A stretch of DNA of 64,000 bases from Gammaproteobacteria bacterium (lineage in GTDB: Bacteria; Pseudomonadota; Gammaproteobacteria; Eutrophobiales; Eutrophobiaceae). A program made the position numbers and the translations under genes. The stretch covers positions 1,216,001-1,280,000 of the forward strand of contig CBDEUK010000002.1 of NCBI GenBank assembly GCA_965243205.1. The letters are read 5' to 3'. Below are positions 51,677-61,553 of the stretch, piece after piece. How positions within the stretch are numbered: the stretch's first letter is position 1; each line of letters opens with the position of its first letter. The notes beneath the pieces are model-generated. The model did no database searches, was not told the origin of the DNA, and saw only the letters and a program-made list of their open reading frames with translations.

Positions 51677-52177
51677 ATGAGTCGCTGGCGTCCTCCAGCT
51701 AAAAAGTCCTCTGCCTATATTACGCCTCAAGGTTATAAACAACTTGAGGATGAATATAAAACCTTGTGGGAAAAGCGTGCTGAAGTCACTGTTGCTGTCA
51801 CGGCCGCTGCGGCTGAAGGCGACCGTTCAGAAAACGCCGAGTACATTTATCGCAAAAAACAATTACGCGAGATTGATCGACGCATCACCTATTTACAAAA
51901 ACGCATGCCCAAGCTAACGGTTGTTGATAAAACCGCTGATGATGGAAAAATATATTTTGGATGTTCAGTCACATTGGAAGAGTTAGATTCTGGTAATGAA
52001 GTATCTTATAAAATTGTTGGGGCTGATGAAATTGATACTGAAAACAATTATATCAGTATCGATGCTCCTTTATCTCGTGCCCTACTCGGCAAATCAATCG
52101 ACGATGACATCGTTATCACAATCAATGGAGACACAAAAGAATATATCGTATTAGAAATACAATCTGAACAAGGTTAG
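51677..52177 (+). CDS. greB: Transcription elongation factor GreB
   Basis: YITPQG, AAAEGDRSENAEYIYRKKQLREIDRR, ISIDAPLSRALLGK. Confidence 0.92.
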   Translation: MSRWRPPAKKSSAYITPQGYKQLEDEYKTLWEKRAEVTVAVTAAAAEGDRSENAEYIYRKKQLREIDRRITYLQKRMPKLTVVDKTADDGKIYFGCSVTLEELDSGNEVSYKIVGADEIDTENNYISIDAPLSRALLGKSIDDDIVITINGDTKEYIVLEIQSEQG

Positions 52178-52231
52178 TTTGCCCTTTTTACAATTCAAAA
52201 ATAAATCCGTACCATATCCGATATTATAAAC

Positions 52232-52708
52232 TTGGAGACATTAGAAATGAGTTGGAATCTTTATTTATCGGGAGAAATTCATACTGATTGGCGCGAACGT
52301 ATTGCTGAAGGTATTAAACAAAATAATTTGCCCATCACCTTGTCATCACCTATTACCGACCACGAATCCAGTGATGATTGTGGTGATCGAATCTTAGGTG
52401 CTGAAGATGCAGCATTTTGGAAAGACCATAAGGCGTCGAAAATTAATTCGATCCGCACCCGTAACTTAATTGAAAAAGCTGATGTAGTTGTCGTGCGATT
52501 TGGCGATAAATACAAACAATGGAATGCAGCTTTTGATGCAGGATATGCAGCAGCGTTAGGCAAACCTATGATCACATTACATGACCCTGCGCTAACTCAT
52601 GCGTTAAAAGAAGTGGATGCCGCAGCACTTGCCGTCAGTGAAACACCTGAACAAGTTGTTAATATTATGAAATATGTCATTGCGGGCGAACTTCCTTTAG
52701 CGAATTGA
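52232..52708 (+). CDS. YtoQ family protein
   Basis: YLSGEIHTDWR, VRFGDKYKQWNAAFDAG, HALKEVD. Confidence 0.88.
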   Translation: METLEMSWNLYLSGEIHTDWRERIAEGIKQNNLPITLSSPITDHESSDDCGDRILGAEDAAFWKDHKASKINSIRTRNLIEKADVVVVRFGDKYKQWNAAFDAGYAAALGKPMITLHDPALTHALKEVDAAALAVSETPEQVVNIMKYVIAGELPLAN

Positions 52709-52712
52709 TAAT

Positions 52713-53249
52713 ATGCTTATTTATCTCGAAGTTATTTTACTGATTGTCGGCTTGCCTATTCTTTGGCTGATCGTCAGTTATAACTTATTAGTTCGAGATA
52801 AAAACCGTGTTCTCAGTGCATGGTCAGATATTGATGTGCAACTCAAACGTCGTCATGACTTAATTCCTAAATTAATTGAAGCCGTTAAACAATATGCAAA
52901 ATATGAATCCGACACAATGGCTGCCGTTACTCAACTGCGTACAGAGAGTGAACGACTAGAAGATGTGAAACAAAAAGCTGGCGTTGAAGAAAGTATCTCA
53001 ATAAACCTTTTAAAAATCATTGCTATTGCAGAAGACTACCCTGAACTCAAAGCCAACAATTCATTTTTAGATCTACAAAAACAACTGACCGATGTTGAAA
53101 ACACTATTCAATATGCACGTCGTTATTACAATGGCGCTGTACGCAATTTAAATATACGCATCGAACAATTCCCTGATATGTTCGTTGCGAAGTTTTTTAA
53201 TTATCAAAAAGCTGATTTTTTTGAGTTCGATGAAACATCGAGTCGTTAA
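52713..53249 (+). CDS. lemA: LemA family protein
   Basis: AWSDIDVQLKRRHDLIP, EDYPELKAN, ARRYYNGAVR. Confidence 0.93.
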   Translation: MLIYLEVILLIVGLPILWLIVSYNLLVRDKNRVLSAWSDIDVQLKRRHDLIPKLIEAVKQYAKYESDTMAAVTQLRTESERLEDVKQKAGVEESISINLLKIIAIAEDYPELKANNSFLDLQKQLTDVENTIQYARRYYNGAVRNLNIRIEQFPDMFVAKFFNYQKADFFEFDETSSR

Positions 53250-55134
53250 ATGATAAAATATCTCTATTCTTTCTTATTTCTTATCTTTCAATAGTTTTGC
53301 TCAAGAACGTATTACCCATTTTCACAGTGAAATACGTGTTGATAAAAATTCCGAAATGCAAGTAACTGAACATATCGACGTTATTGCTGGCGGCATAAAA
53401 ATCAAACGTGGCATTTATCGTGACTTCCCTACCAAATACAAAGATCGATTTAATAATAATTACAATGTAGGTTTCGATGTTAAATCGGTATTACGTAATG
53501 ACTATACCGAAGATTATCATACCAAGCCTCAATCAAATGGTGTACGGGTCTATTTTGGCAATAAGGATCGAACTCTTTCTAAAGGACAACATAAATATTT
53601 ATTACGTTATACGACGAATCGACAATTAGGTTTCTTTGAAAATCATGATGAATTGTATTGGAACGTGACAGGGAATGACTGGGATTTTCCAATCGACAAA
53701 GCCAGTGCAGAAATTTATCTCCCCGATGGTGTTCCAAGAGATAAGATTACGCTGGAAGCTTACACCGGTTACCAAGGTGATAAAGGACAAGATTTTCAAG
53801 CTCACATAGGGGTAGGAAATAAAATCACCTTCGAAACAACTCGCCCTCTAAAAAGTAGAGAAGGTTTAACGATCGTAGTGAGCTTCCCAAAAGGATATAT
53901 AGACGAACCCACCGCGCAAGAAAAACTTGCTTATTTGTTTAATGATAATAAACATTTATTTTATGGGTTTATTGGTCTTTTAGTTTTATTAGCTTATTAC
54001 GTCTATAGTTGGTTAAACGTCGGCAAAGATCCCGAAAAAGGTGTGGTTATACCGATTTATCATCCACCTCATAATTATTCGCCAGCATCTATGCGTTTTA
54101 TAGAACGTATGTCTTATGATAATAATTGTTTTGCCAGCGCAATTATTAACTTAGCTGTGAAAGGTTTTTTAACTATAAAAGAAAATTCCAGTAAAAATTA
54201 TGTAATTACAAAAACCGGGCAATCAGCGGATATGGCTCCAGGAGAAAAAGCCCTCAGTGATTCATTATTTAGTAGTGGTGATAGTATTACTCTAAAACAA
54301 TCTAATCATTCACGCATAAGCTCTGCAATCAGTGCCCATAAATCCTCTTTAAAAAATGATTATGAAAAAAAATATTTTATTAAAAATACAGCCTATTTTG
54401 TTATCGGTATTTTAATTAGCATTATTGTTCTATCCGTTATTTTATTTAGTAAATCAAGCGCTGGAGGAAACCCTGAAGCTTTATTTTTTATCTTATGGCT
54501 AACGCCTTGGACTTTTGCTTGTATGGCGATGCTTAAACAAGTTTGGAATCATTACTCGACAGGTAATTATGGTGGTATGTTTGGTAGTTTATTGTTTGTG
54601 GGGCCATTCTTATTTTTTGAAGTGATGGCAATAATCATGTTTGCTGCTCTTACTTCAATTTCACTCATTGCTATGCTTCTAATAGTTTGTGGTGTCAATT
54701 ATTGTTTTTATGAATGGTTAAAAAAACCTACTTATGCAGGACGCAAACTATTGGATAAAGTAGAAGGCTTTCGTGAATATATTGAATTGGCTGAAAAGCA
54801 AGAACTCGATTACAAACACCCCAAAGGAAAATCACCAGAGTTATTCGAAGAATATTTACCTTATGCACTTGCACTGAATGTTGAAGATAGTTGGGCTCGA
54901 CAATTTGCTGATGTACTAAAAAGTACAACGATCAATGGTGAAGATTATTCACCTTCTTGGTACAGTGGTAGACATTGGAACCATTCCAATATTTCTGGTT
55001 TTACATCGTCATTAAATTCTAATTTATCTTCGGCTATTACATTTTCATCAACCGCACCAGGTTCATCTTCTGGCAGCGGTGGTGGCGGCTTCTCTGGAGG
55101 TGGCGGTGGTGGCGGTGGCGGTGGTGGCTGGTAA
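53250..55134 (+). CDS. DUF2207-family membrane protein with apparent 5' frameshift
   Basis: DELYWNVTG, E.YLPYALAL, Gly-rich GGGGGGW tail; open frame extends back to LSFNSFAQERITHF, but ATG 53250 is out of frame. Confidence 0.8.
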
Positions 55135-55145
55135 GCTTAAACTGA

Positions 55146-56096
55146 TTAATGCTTTACTAATTCAGCGCCATAAATATGCAGTTCATTTAATTCTTTTGCA
55201 TAGTTTGTAAAAAAACCTATCGCGGCCATTTTAGTTAAATCCATTTTACGTGTTGCAGGCGCATTATAAATATCATCAATGGATAAATTAATTATGCTAT
55301 TACCAGGCTGTATTTCTATTGCACGACTAAATCGATCATTGTTATCGTACTTATTATTTAAGTGAGGTAAATCATGTACTCGACAATAAATAGATAAAGC
55401 TTTGTCACTTGGATTAAATACTTTTATTTTCACTTCATCATAATCTTCCCAATCTAAAGGAAAAAAACCCATAAACAAGGTTGAATACTCTGCTTTAGAA
55501 AAAACCACTTTAAAATAACTTTTAGAATCAATTAAAATTTTCTTAAACGAATGAATTTTTTTTGTTTCAAATTTTGTACTTTCAAATGGTAACGAAGGAT
55601 CGATTAATATTGGAAAGTTTTGATACGTATAATAATCATTGACTGGATATAAAACGATTTTTTTATGTTGGAATAGAGTTCCAGAAACAATCAGTATAAT
55701 TAATGGCACTCTTAATGATTTTAATACAGTATTTTTTTTATTCGAATGGATTAAGACAGCTAAGCTTGTACCCGTCAAATCACTGACCACATCTCCCATA
55801 TCAGCATCCCTTCCCACCAACGTCTGCATAAATTCAATAAAGAGACCAAATACTAAAGCAATAAATAATAAGACCAAAAATTGAACAATGAACGATAAAG
55901 CTCGAAGTGGTTTAATAAATCTTAGACAAAGATAGGTCCAAATATAAAACGCAACAACATGACCAAAATTCCATACACCACCAAACAAACGTGTGTAATT
56001 AAAATCAAAACGAGAGGTAAAACTAAAAATCAATGCAATCACTGCCAAAGCAATGATTGTACGATCAGTATTATTAAGCTTAGTATTTTCGAGCAA
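55146..56096 (-). CDS. VanZ-family membrane protein with C-terminal soluble domain
   Basis: WNFGHVVAF, IEFMQTLVGRDADMGDVVSDL. Confidence 0.75.
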   Translation of the reverse strand: MLENTKLNNTDRTIIALAVIALIFSFTSRFDFNYTRLFGGVWNFGHVVAFYIWTYLCLRFIKPLRALSFIVQFLVLLFIALVFGLFIEFMQTLVGRDADMGDVVSDLTGTSLAVLIHSNKKNTVLKSLRVPLIILIVSGTLFQHKKIVLYPVNDYYTYQNFPILIDPSLPFESTKFETKKIHSFKKILIDSKSYFKVVFSKAEYSTLFMGFFPLDWEDYDEVKIKVFNPSDKALSIYCRVHDLPHLNNKYDNNDRFSRAIEIQPGNSIINLSIDDIYNAPATRKMDLTKMAAIGFFTNYAKELNELHIYGAELVKH

Positions 56097-56108
56097 AAAA
56101 GATTACAA

Positions 56109-56564
56109 CTATGAGATTTGTTTATTATCGTCTTCTGTCTTATTAGACTTACTATAACCCGTATCTTGACGATTAATATTCACAGCATGTTTTTGTTGAT
56201 AAACATCAAATACTTTATCTGCGGTTAAACCTGCGCAAATCATTGCTGACACTAAAAAATGTAATATATCGATCAGTTCGACTCGGATATTCTGTAAATC
56301 GATTTCATCTTTACTCCACCATTTCCATAATAACTCTTCGTCCAACTCAATAACTTCTTCGCCCATCGCCTTTGTGTAATTGCGCAGCCACTGATTCGGT
56401 AACTCATTCACTTTTAACTTGCCGTCTTCCACCGCATCAAAAATCGATTTCATATTTAATGGCGCACCGTCTAAATCCTTAAGATTATTTTTATTAAAAA
56501 CATAATCATTCAAATCGGTTTGCATCTCGAAGATTTTACTTAACATATCTTGGCTATCAGTCAT
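56109..56564 (-). CDS. Dimeric (all-alpha) dUTPase-family protein
   Basis: EEVIEL..E..WKWWS, VELIDILHF, YQQKHAVNINRQDTGY. Confidence 0.8.
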   Translation of the reverse strand: MTDSQDMLSKIFEMQTDLNDYVFNKNNLKDLDGAPLNMKSIFDAVEDGKLKVNELPNQWLRNYTKAMGEEVIELDEELLWKWWSKDEIDLQNIRVELIDILHFLVSAMICAGLTADKVFDVYQQKHAVNINRQDTGYSKSNKTEDDNKQIS

Positions 56565-56700
56565 TATTGTGTCCTGTGTTATACGAGGAAGAATTTAAAC
56601 GGCTGATATCTTATCATCGAATTGCAAAAGAGATGAAGTTCAGCATCGTTTTTTTTGCTATAATCGCATCTCCTCATAACATGTTTGAAACTTCCCAGCG

Positions 56701-58599
56701 ATGGCCTTAGTAACACTCGATTCCGTTTCCATTGAATTCGGCGAACAAAAAATTCTCAACGAAGCCTCATTAGCGATTGAAGCTAATGAACGGATTTGCA
56801 TCATCGGTCGTAATGGCGCGGGTAAATCGACCTTATTAAAACTGATCCATGGAGAAATCGAACCCGATTCTGGCAAAATTCAGCGTCAGAACACGATTCG
56901 CATCAGTCAATTACAACAAAAGCTACCGCAAGAATTGGATTTAACTGTCAGTGAATACGTCAAAACCGGGTTAGCCGATTTACAAATCAAGTTGGATCGT
57001 TACTCCAAATTATCCGAACAAGAATTGGATGATGCTGGGATGCGTGAAATGGTCGAACTACAACAAGACATTGAAGCGCATGGTGGTTGGAGTATTGACC
57101 AACGTGTCGAGACCATACTCTCTGAACTTGAATTACCTGTTGAGCTACAACTCAAAAGGCTGTCAGGTGGTTGGCAACGTCGAGTTTCTTTAGCAAGGTC
57201 TTTAGTCAGTAATCCTGATTTATTATTACTCGATGAACCAACCAACCATCTCGATCTCAGCACAATTCAATGGTTAGAAAAACGCATCAATGGATTCAAA
57301 GGCAGCATTTTATTTATTACTCATGACCGTGCATTTTTAAAACGCTTGGCCAACCGCATTATCGAACTCGACCGCGGCAAACTAAGTAGTTGGCCTGGTG
57401 GTTACGAAAAATATCTTTCGAATAAAGAACAAGCTTTAGAAGATGAACAAAAGAACAATGCCTTATTCGATAAACGTTTAGCCGAAGAAGAAGCTTGGAT
57501 TCGTCAAGGCATCAAAGCACGTCGCACTCGTAATGAAGGTAGAGTTCGAGCATTAATGGAAATGCGTAAAGAATATGCGAAACGTATTAAGCCACAAGCA
57601 AAAGCCCGAGTATATGTCGAAGAAGCAGAAAACTCTGGACGCAAAGTGATCGAAGCCCGTAATCTAGAGCATGGTTATGAAGGCAAAACCTTAATCGATG
57701 GTTTATCGATCAAAGTCATGCGAGGCGATCGAATTGGCTTAGTCGGTAACAATGGTGTAGGTAAAAGTACCTTATTAAAAATTCTGTTAGCTAAAATTCA
57801 GCCCGATGCAGGCATTGTAAAACATGGCACTAATTTAGAAATTGCCTACTTCGATCAATTACGTCGACAAATCGACCCAGAAAAAACTGTTGCAGAGTTT
57901 GTAGGTGATGATCAAGAGTACGTCAAAATAAATGGTAAAGAGCGACATGTGATTGGTTATCTGAAAGGTTTTTTATTCAGTCCAAAACGCGCCATGAGTA
58001 AACTAAAAGTCTTATCTGGTGGTGAACACAACCGCGTCATCTTAGCCAAGTTATTAATTCGACCAAGTAACTTATTGGTATTAGATGAACCCACTAATGA
58101 TTTAGATGTTGAAACCATGGAAGTATTGGAAGAAAAGCTGTGTGAATATAAAGGCACCTTAATTGTGGTAAGTCATGATAGAGAATTTTTAGATAACGTA
58201 GTCACCAGTATTTTAGTATTTGAATCGTCAGGTAAAATCGAACCCTACGTAGGTGGTTTCAGTGATTGGGAACGACATGGCAAACAATTAGCTGAAACCG
58301 ATCATATAAAAATGCAACACGATGCTAATGCAAACAAAAAAAATCAACGCAGCAGCAATAAAAAACTCAGTTATAAATTGCAATTAGAATTAGATGGCTT
58401 GCCAGAAATCATTGAAAATATAGAAGACGAAATTAAATCATTACAAGAAACCGTTAACTCAACCGAATTCTTTGAAAAGTCTTATGATGAACAAGCCCCT
58501 ACTCTAAAGACTTTATCTGAAAAACAAACTCTACTTGAACAATCCGTTGATCGTTGGTCTGAACTCGAAGCTGAACAAGAACGACTTGCAGGAAATTAA
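56701..58599 (+). CDS. uup: ABC-F ATPase Uup
   Basis: Two ABC domains, EEAWIRQGIKARRTRNEGRVRAL linker, KKLSYKLQ C-terminal domain. Confidence 0.92.
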   Translation: MALVTLDSVSIEFGEQKILNEASLAIEANERICIIGRNGAGKSTLLKLIHGEIEPDSGKIQRQNTIRISQLQQKLPQELDLTVSEYVKTGLADLQIKLDRYSKLSEQELDDAGMREMVELQQDIEAHGGWSIDQRVETILSELELPVELQLKRLSGGWQRRVSLARSLVSNPDLLLLDEPTNHLDLSTIQWLEKRINGFKGSILFITHDRAFLKRLANRIIELDRGKLSSWPGGYEKYLSNKEQALEDEQKNNALFDKRLAEEEAWIRQGIKARRTRNEGRVRALMEMRKEYAKRIKPQAKARVYVEEAENSGRKVIEARNLEHGYEGKTLIDGLSIKVMRGDRIGLVGNNGVGKSTLLKILLAKIQPDAGIVKHGTNLEIAYFDQLRRQIDPEKTVAEFVGDDQEYVKINGKERHVIGYLKGFLFSPKRAMSKLKVLSGGEHNRVILAKLLIRPSNLLVLDEPTNDLDVETMEVLEEKLCEYKGTLIVVSHDREFLDNVVTSILVFESSGKIEPYVGGFSDWERHGKQLAETDHIKMQHDANANKKNQRSSNKKLSYKLQLELDGLPEIIENIEDEIKSLQETVNSTEFFEKSYDEQAPTLKTLSEKQTLLEQSVDRWSELEAEQERLAGN

Positions 58600-58604
58600 T
58601 TCAC

Positions 58605-59489
58605 TTGAATAAACAATTTCTCATTCATGGTGCCTTACCTGGCTTTGGTTCTGCTTTGTGTTTTGCCGTTATGGCAAGTTTAATAAAAATCGCCGCTCAA
58701 GATCTTTCATCACAACAATTAGTATTTTTTCGCGCCGTGATTGGTCTTATCATTATTTTACCTATCATCATTTATAAAGGATTTGGTTTTATAAAAACGA
58801 ATAAATTAAAATTACATATCTTTCGTGGTTTAGTCAGTATTTGTGCTATGTCGTGTTTCTTTTATTCCATCAGTCATATCGGAATTTCAGAGGCAACGTT
58901 ATTAAATGCTACATCACCGTTATTCATTGGTTTGTTGGCTAGTTGGTTTCTGAAAGAAAAATTAGATGGTTACAGCCTTGTTGCCTTACCACTTGGATTT
59001 ATTGGAGTAGCTTTTATTTTAAAACCAGGTACGGAATTATTTAATATCGCATCAGTAATCGGATTGGCTTCAGGTTTGTTTATAGGCGGCGCAAAAATCC
59101 TGGTTCGATATATGTCAGATACGGAACCTGTCTTGCGTACAGTTTTTTACTTTAGTGTGTTTTCTACCATATATGCAGCCATTCCAATGTTATGGTTATG
59201 GCAGCCGCCAACTCAACAAGCCATTTACATTATGATCCTTGCGAGTATATGCGCAACAGGTGGACAAACCTTATTAACGTATTCATTTACTCATAATGAA
59301 GCTATCAGTGTTGCACCCTTCACCTATGTGACCGTGATGATTGCCACCTTAATCGGTTGGATAGTATGGAATGAATTACCCGATTTAGGTTCAACTTTTG
59401 GTATTATTCTAGTTATCGTTTCGTGTTTGATTATTATAATGCAAAAGAAATTACCTAATCCTTGGAAAAAGAAACAACCACCAGTATGA
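58605..59489 (+). CDS. DMT/EamA-family transporter
   Basis: About ten TM segments; LVFFR, FLKEK, APFTY..GWIVWNELP. Confidence 0.88.
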   Translation: MNKQFLIHGALPGFGSALCFAVMASLIKIAAQDLSSQQLVFFRAVIGLIIILPIIIYKGFGFIKTNKLKLHIFRGLVSICAMSCFFYSISHIGISEATLLNATSPLFIGLLASWFLKEKLDGYSLVALPLGFIGVAFILKPGTELFNIASVIGLASGLFIGGAKILVRYMSDTEPVLRTVFYFSVFSTIYAAIPMLWLWQPPTQQAIYIMILASICATGGQTLLTYSFTHNEAISVAPFTYVTVMIATLIGWIVWNELPDLGSTFGIILVIVSCLIIIMQKKLPNPWKKKQPPV

Positions 59490-60316
59490 AGGTCTACGAC
59501 TTACATACGCATACCTTACATTCTGATGGTAAGTTATCGGTTGAAGATTTAATCAATCGTGCCAAAGAAAAAGGCGTGGACGTTCTCTCCATTACCGATC
59601 ATGATACGATAAAAGCATATCAAGAGATTTCTGAGTTACAACAAGATAACTTACATATTATCCCAGGTATTGAATTTTCGACCTACTGGAAAAAGATCGG
59701 CATACATATTCTTGGGTTAAATTTGGATTTAACCTCCAAAATCTTAAACGATACTATTCAACAACAATTAGAACTTCGCGAACAACGTGCTATAAAAATA
59801 GTAAATCGACTGAATCAAAAACATTCACTCGAGATTGATTATAACGAATTAAAATCATTTGCTAATACCGATAACATCGGCCGACCACATATTGCCGAAT
59901 ACTTAATCGAACAGAAAAAAATTAAAAACTTTAACCAAGCCTTTGATAAATATCTTAGCAATAAAAAACTCGGTGAAGTGAAATACGAATGGTTAGACTT
60001 AGAAACCATTGTCAAAACAATTACCAAAGCTAACGGCATAGCCGTGATTGCTCACCCACTAAAATATAAATTAACCCGTACGAAATTAATTGAACTGATA
60101 ACAGACTTTAAAACATTTGGTGGTAAAGGGATCGAAATAGTATCAGGCAGGCAAGATCCATATCAAACTAAAGCCTTGCTTAAAATAACCCAACAACAAG
60201 AACTCTACGGTTCCTGTGGTTCTGACTTCCACACCCCAACAACCCCTTGGTCTGAATTAGGCAAGTTTGAAAAATTACCTAATGATTGTATGTCAATCTG
60301 GGAATTGTTTAACTAA
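59486..60316 (+). CDS. PHP-domain phosphoesterase (YciV/RNase AM-like)
   Basis: DLHTHTLHSDG, ITDHDT, GIEFS, GRPH, AHP, GSDFH; ATGA overlap with the DMT stop. Confidence 0.9.
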   Translation: MKVYDLHTHTLHSDGKLSVEDLINRAKEKGVDVLSITDHDTIKAYQEISELQQDNLHIIPGIEFSTYWKKIGIHILGLNLDLTSKILNDTIQQQLELREQRAIKIVNRLNQKHSLEIDYNELKSFANTDNIGRPHIAEYLIEQKKIKNFNQAFDKYLSNKKLGEVKYEWLDLETIVKTITKANGIAVIAHPLKYKLTRTKLIELITDFKTFGGKGIEIVSGRQDPYQTKALLKITQQQELYGSCGSDFHTPTTPWSELGKFEKLPNDCMSIWELFN

Positions 60317-60324
60317 ACACTTAG

Positions 60325-60353
60325 TTGACACTACTATTACCAACATATAGATT
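60325..60353 (+). promoter_or_regulatory. Candidate cassette promoter (Pc)
   Basis: TTGACA-N17-TAGATT pointing into array B. Confidence 0.6.
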
Positions 60354-60411
60354 TTAGATATTGAGGAATTAAACCCGTATAACAGAAACGCAAAAAAATC
60401 TTCTCAGAAAT

Positions 60412-60497
60412 CATTTGAAAAAAAGGAGGTTGCAAAACGCTCAAGTCAATGAATTCCATTATAAGGAATTCATTCCCGTATAATAGACTGTTATGAG
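60412..60497 (+). promoter_or_regulatory. Leader/attI-like module heading cassette array B
   Basis: Homologous to 3131-3195; simple site cccgTATAA-tagactG^TTATGAG; TTATGAGT is the reverse complement of ACTCATAA (60844) at the end of the first cassette. Confidence 0.7.
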
Positions 60498-60888
60498 TAA
60501 ATTTATAAATAATACAATATTAATTATCTTACTTCTCGTGAGTAATACTTTGTTCGCTGAAATAGAATCAGTTGATATATTCAATGGTGAATTTCAGCAT
60601 ATATTAAAAATTCAAGAAGAACCAAAAATTTCCAAATTCAATAAACTTTGGAAAACTAAGAAGGAAATGAAAGTCAAAATAAAAATAAATTGGGCACTAG
60701 GATACAGACTTTATTTAAGAGGAGACTCTGACTCAGGTCTTTGGCTATGCTATGACGGTTGGTTAATGCCATTGTCGGCAAAAACAAAGTCTGGCTTATA
60801 TAAGTTAGAATCTAACTCCAATTTTGAAGCTTTATTTAGCCCAACTCATAATAAACCATTCCAGCCGACCGCTTACACGGCCGGCTGA
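60493..60888 (+). CDS. Hypothetical exported protein (cassette B1), reads into its attC
   Basis: Signal peptide ending TLFA; C-terminal HNKPFQPTA is attC-encoded. Confidence 0.7.
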   Translation: MSKFINNTILIILLLVSNTLFAEIESVDIFNGEFQHILKIQEEPKISKFNKLWKTKKEMKVKIKINWALGYRLYLRGDSDSGLWLCYDGWLMPLSAKTKSGLYKLESNSNFEALFSPTHNKPFQPTAYTAG

Positions 60889-60903
60889 ATTCAACCGTTA
60901 GGT
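60846..60903 (+). repeat. attC site B1
   Basis: TCATAAT-aaacc-ATTCCAGCCG...CGGCTGAATT-caacc-GTTAGGT. Confidence 0.85.
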
Positions 60904-60928
60904 TTCAAATAACAAAAAAGGAGAAATT

Positions 60929-61450
60929 ATGTCTGCAATCATGGTAGATATTGAAAGCGACGGACCAATCCCAGGAGATTATTCAATGGTTTCCTTTGGT
61001 GCAGTCATTGTTGATCAAAAATTAGATAAAACGTTTTACGGTAAAATTAAACCAATAAGTGAGAAATGGATACCTGAAGCGCTCGCTGTTTCAGGTCATA
61101 CTCGTGAGGAAACTCTCGAGTTTGGAGAACCGGTGAAAGTAATGGGAGACTTTGCGAGCTGGTTGAAAGAAAATAGTAATGGTAAACCAATATTCTATAG
61201 CGATAATAATGGTTTTGATTGGCAATTTATCAATTGGTACTTTCACCACTTTACTGGAAGTAACCCCTTTGGGTTTAGCTCTACGAATTTAGGGTCTTTA
61301 TACAAAGGTATGGTAAAAGATATATTCAAAAACTTTAAACATCTGAGAAAAACAAAACATACTCACAATCCAGTAGATGATGCATTGGGTAATGCTGAAG
61401 CACTTTTGCACTTAAAGAATGAGATGGGTTTAAAAATTAGTCTTAAGTAA
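60929..61450 (+). CDS. DEDDh 3'-5' exonuclease-family protein (cassette B2)
   Basis: MVDIESDGP, DNNGFDWQF, HTHNPVDDA; GGAG SD. Confidence 0.85.
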   Translation: MSAIMVDIESDGPIPGDYSMVSFGAVIVDQKLDKTFYGKIKPISEKWIPEALAVSGHTREETLEFGEPVKVMGDFASWLKENSNGKPIFYSDNNGFDWQFINWYFHHFTGSNPFGFSSTNLGSLYKGMVKDIFKNFKHLRKTKHTHNPVDDALGNAEALLHLKNEMGLKISLK

Positions 61451-61535
61451 CCTAACAAGTTGCTCAAGTATACTCCGCCAGCTATGCTGGCTCCGCGGGA
61501 CGCGCAAAAGCGTACCCATTAGCAAAGCGTTATGT
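61450..61535 (+). repeat. attC site B2
   Basis: ACCTAAC-aag-TTGCTCAA...TTAGCAA-agc-GTTATGT; extra C in L''; GC-rich central hairpins. Confidence 0.88.
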
Positions 61536-61553
61536 AAAAGGAGGTCGTGGTAA

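Noticed and set aside
55072-55131. GGT/GGC microsatellite
   Set aside because: Encodes the normal Gly-rich tail of DUF2207 proteins.
60473-60502. Chromosomal dif site (TTCCCGTATAA-tagactg-TTATGAGTAAA)
   Set aside because: Spacer is 7 nt rather than 6, and the right arm is the cassette start matching its R'', not TTATGTTAAAT; an attI-like reading fits better.
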